Assembly (NCBI RefSeq): GCF_000150275.1
Contig: NW_002060984.1
Location: forward strand, 21,185-85,184
Source: Trichoplax adhaerens
Taxonomy: Eukaryota; Animalia; Placozoa
Direction of reading: 5' to 3'
DNA length: 64,000 bases
A program made the translations under genes and the position numbers. Under the pieces are notes generated by a model. It saw nothing but the letters and a program-made list of their open reading frames with translations, was not told the DNA's origin and did not search any database. Below, one piece after another: positions 60,001 to 64,000 of the stretch. How positions within the stretch are numbered: position 1 is the stretch's first letter; the number at the start of each line of letters is the position of its first letter.

Positions 60001-61739
60001 TTTGAAATGCTTTACTGTACAGTATGTGGTCGTTTCAAATTTTAATCGTAAGACTCCTCACTGATATGATATGTCGAGTTAAAGTAAGATTGTATCACTT
60101 AGGTTCATTAAGTAAGTCCATCTTATAACCAACACTGTACTGTACGTTTACAATATAAGAATCTGTTCTATTGATTTATTATTAGTTTGACATGGATAGG
60201 GATTGATTTTATAACCATGCATAATCATAATACTGTATCTTTTACAAGCAATGATAATTAATACTAGTTTTACCATTAGTTAGTGGTATTCGCTTGTCCC
60301 TAGTGATTGCGTTATCATCAACAGTTCATTAAGTTAACGCTTCTACTGTAATTGATGGGTTGAAGGTATAGGTCAAAATGTAGAAAAACTGATATACTGT
60401 CCATACGTGGAACATAATTAAGAAAGATGAAATGGACAAGACATTGTCATAAGTGAATCGTTGCAAATTATTCCAATGTCATTTTGTCATTGCATTCATG
60501 CAATGAGAATTAAATTGGAAGACTGAAATTCATTTTCTACTCTAGTGATTTCTATTTCTATTTTTGTCGTCAACTATTACTTTATAACCATACCTCAATG
60601 TTATTCTCAATATTGATCAGCCATCCATCGAAACGATAATAATGTGCTATGTCAACTAATCTGTTAATTAAGAGATGTCGAAGTTGTGCATTACTTAAGA
60701 ATTCACGACAAATTTCATTGCCTTCATCCCATTCAGTGATAAAAGTTCCTAAAACTAAGACTTGATGTTTATGAGCACAGTTGATCCATGTTGATGGTGG
60801 AATGGACAATAAATGATGGCTAAAGTAGATAAATATGTCAATATACTGCCAATGGTAGAAAGTGAAAGCATCGTTGTCACCACAACCTTGAGCAAATCTA
60901 TGCAATGAAAAAAAGGCAAGAAAGTTGAATAGTTGCAGGTTGCTATTCTATCCTGTATCATCATGTCTATCCTATTGCAACGTGTAGCTAGGATTGACTA
61001 CTAATGAATTGATTTGATTACCATTGGCAGTTTTCTATCCTGTATCATCATGTCTATCCTATTGCAACGTGTAGCTAGGATTGACTACTAATAAACTGAT
61101 TTGATTATCATTGGCAGTTTTCTATCCTGTATCATCATGTCTATCCTATTGTAACTTGTAGCTAGGATTGACTACTAATGAATTGATTATCATTGGCAGT
61201 TTTTGAAGGCGATTGTCCATCGTCGACTGACTATTTCTATTGTACACCTTTGATCGCTATCATCATCACCTTCCATGTGGTTTTAATGGAGCAAGAAAAG
61301 ATGATTGCACTACTTTGTTATATAACATGGCTGTCAATATGGATGTAATTGATTGAAATGAGCTAATCAACCTATCCTATTAGCTAAGCAGATGAAATCA
61401 CTGCAATGGCTATAGACATGATGGACTCCCATGGACGCGATCATACTGCAAGTCCTCCTTCTCGACTGCCTGTCTACTCAAGAAGGATAGCCGACAAGGC
61501 CAATCTTACCTATCCTCGTGATAGCCATTCTTCATGTCATGGCAAACCAAAGTTCGAGATCGTTTAGGCAATGCATAGGGCTGATGTAAGCATACACTAG
61601 CGCGATTAATATCATCACATCCACGAAACCAAAGATAAATTTGCTTTAAATGATCTAAATAACTGCAGATCGGTTCACCACTTTGTTGATCATATTGTCG
61701 ACATTGGCGTACATGAACACCATTAAAATGTTCAGCCAT
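57033..61739 (-). CDS. ENGASE: Cytosolic endo-beta-N-acetylglucosaminidase (GH85), multi-exon
   Basis: TLVCHDMKNGYHEDR, FYHWQYIDIFIYFSHH, LGTFITEW, FDGWLINIEN, LWYDSV..G.LKWQNELN, DGIFLNYVW, VYAGIDIFGRG, SAALFAPGWVYE. Confidence 0.94.
60946..61203. repeat. Three-copy 87-bp tandem repeat in ENGASE intron
   Basis: TTCTATCCTGTATCATCATGTCTATCCTATTG..GTAGCTAGGATTGACTACTAAT..CATTGGCAGTT at 60946, 61033 and 61120. Confidence 0.92.
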
Positions 61740-62428
61740 AACTGATAGTTGAATCAAGATGATTACCAATAGATTGGATAGACTTGAACGATGAATGAAT
61801 AATCATCCAAGGCTGCAATCACGAGCAGATTTTCGTCTACAATCAAGGTTGAAAAATGGAATGAATTTGTGCAAAAGTGCGTCGAGGATCGATTGTTCTC
61901 ATCGTCTTCTTGGCTATTGCAAGAGAGCGTCGATTGTCGAGGATTTTTGCCCCCTTACTCTCTGCCTTCCTTTCCTCCTATTGCTCTTGTCTTGATCTTA
62001 TGAACAGTCTAGCAACCTTGGATGATTGCTTGCCAGTATGCCAACTGCAAACAAGTTGAACGATGGAGGCCAGCAATGGAGAGATTTCCTCGCCAATGCT
62101 TGGGGCTCGGGACAAAGAAATGCCGACAGTTGAATCGGTGCTGCAAAAGCCGATGACTTGCGCTCCAGTGAAGATTGAAAGAGTAACACTATGATGATAG
62201 TGTAGCCTAGAATGTTACGCCATGTTTGCGTTCCTTATCCATGTTATTGCACGCATGTATTGGACAGTATTCAACACAATGCGTCCGAGAAATCAACTCA
62301 ACTGTCGCTGACTTCAATCGACCTATCGCACGCTACTACTCTCGACTCTACTGCCCTAAACAGTCCTCCCGTTGTAGTCTTTTAGTATAGATTTCAATGA
62401 CTGGCGTCGACAATCGACTGGCTGCCTT

Positions 62429-63595
62429 CCATCGTCGTTGGACGGGACAGCCTTTGGACAAGAGGTGCCTTACTGTACGATGTACTGTCAACTACAGTAC
62501 ATATCATGTTATAGTACTGTAGAAGGAGGAACAATACTGTGTCTCGTAGGATGGAAGGATAGATGGAACATTAGTAGAACTGTAGAAGTACTGTACAGTA
62601 CTGTACTGTACTGTCCATCGTCGTTGGATGGGACAGCCTTTGGACAAGAGATGCCTTACTGTACGATGTACAGTACTGTCAACTACAGTACATATCATGT
62701 TATAGTACTGTAGAAGGAGGAACTATACTGTGTCTCGTAGGATGGAAGGATAGATGGAACATTAGTAGAACTGTAGAAGTACTGTACAGTACTGTACTGT
62801 ACTGTCCATCGTCGTTGGATGGGACAGCCTTTGGACAAGAGATGCCTTACTGTACGATGTACTGTCAACTACAGTACATATCATGTTATAGTACTGTAGA
62901 AGGAGGAACTATACTGTGTCTCGTAGGATGGAAGGATAGATGGAACATGGGACATGATGGTACCATTTAGACCCATTAGTACATGCAGTAGAAGTACAGT
63001 ACTGTACTGTACTGTCCATCGTCGTTGGATGGGACAGCCTTTGGACGAGAGATGCCTTACTGTACGATGTACTATAAACTACAGTATATCATGTTGTAGT
63101 AAAGTACTGTAGATGGAGGAACAATACAGTACAATGTCTCGTAGGATGGAAGGATTGATGGACCATTGGACATGATGGTCCATGCTGTTAACTGCAGTAG
63201 AAGTCCATCGTCGTTGGATGAGACAGCCTTTGGACAAGAGGCGCCTTACTGTACGATGTACTGTAAACTACAGTACATATCATGTTGTAGTACTGTAGAA
63301 GGAGGAACTATACTGTGTCTCGTAGGATGGAAGGATTGATGGACCGTGGGACATGATGGTTCCATTAGTAAGTACAGTATACAGTATGCAGTAGAAGTAC
63401 AGTACAGTACTGTACACTACGACGATGGACAGCCTTTGGACAAGAGATGCCTTACTGTACGACGTACTGTAAACTACAGTATATAATACTGTAACTGACC
63501 TTTCTTTAGTACTGTAGATGGAGGAACAATAACTGTGACTGGTAGGATCGAAGGATTGATGGACAACTGGACATGATGGTCCATACTGCAGAAGT
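62429..63595. repeat. Tandem satellite, ~186-212-bp unit, about 6 copies
   Basis: CCATCGTCGTTGGA.GGGACAGCCTTTGGACAAGAG.TGCCTTACTGTACGATGTAC at 62429, 62615, 62806, 63016, 63205 and degenerate at ~63417. Confidence 0.95.
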
Positions 63596-63772
63596 AGTCA
63601 GTATGCCAACAGTAATATCCAACTCCTACAATACAAATGTGGATTTTGGGATCGTACAGTACAGTACTCTCGCCGCTCTAGTACTGTACACTGTACACTC
63701 TGTGTGCTCTGACTGTACTGTACTGTACTGTACTGTATGATGACTGTCATTGCCGGTATTATTCTTCGCCCA

Positions 63773-63796
63773 ATGCCCGGCAGTCGGCAGCCAATG
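63773..63796 (+). CDS. Possible first micro-exon of a gene continuing beyond the window (MPGSRQPM)
   Basis: ATG..CCA ATG|GTGAGT strong donor in a GC-richer patch just after a (TACTG)n tract; too short to identify. Confidence 0.25.
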
Positions 63797-64000
63797 GTGA
63801 GTCTTACCTCTGCAAGATTACCAATATGACGGAGAAAAGCCCTTCCACTCTAATCAATTTCTTCATCTTTAATACTACATTGGGCCAAGAAGAAGGCACG
63901 GTAAGTTGTCCTTTGATGCTTGGTGATTATACTTGAAACGGTCAACTTCAATCTTCAATGTTGTCCACTACTGTTCTACCATTTCCCAACAGGCTAGTGC

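Overview
AT-rich, intron-rich eukaryotic DNA with short GT-AG introns and animal-type genes. The compact layout suggests an early-branching animal such as a placozoan (inference, not verified). Left to right: first coding exon of an ornithine decarboxylase paralog running off the left edge (ODC-B, -); a 122/147-bp satellite; a complete 17-coding-exon ornithine decarboxylase (ODC-A, -) with a candidate PPS-stop uORF; MED7 (+), divergent from ODC-A; RNASEH2A (-); about 6.5 kb without evident genes; FAS-A (21959-31620, +); a broken duplicate of the FAS-A 3' end; an unidentified minus-strand gene; FAS-B (41687-50528, +); an SLC36/Aa_trans transporter (+); ENGASE (-); and a ~190-bp satellite. The two type I FAS genes have identical exon architecture. 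Main result: FAS-B has canonical reductive motifs, while FAS-A has lost the Gly-Gly of the enoylreductase NADPH motif (HSGTGGVG to HIGASNVG) and carries further KR, DH and TE changes, with KS, AT, ACP and the reading frame intact. FAS-A is therefore a candidate lineage-specific FAS-derived polyketide/polyene synthase. All exon models were read by eye and no database search was possible.
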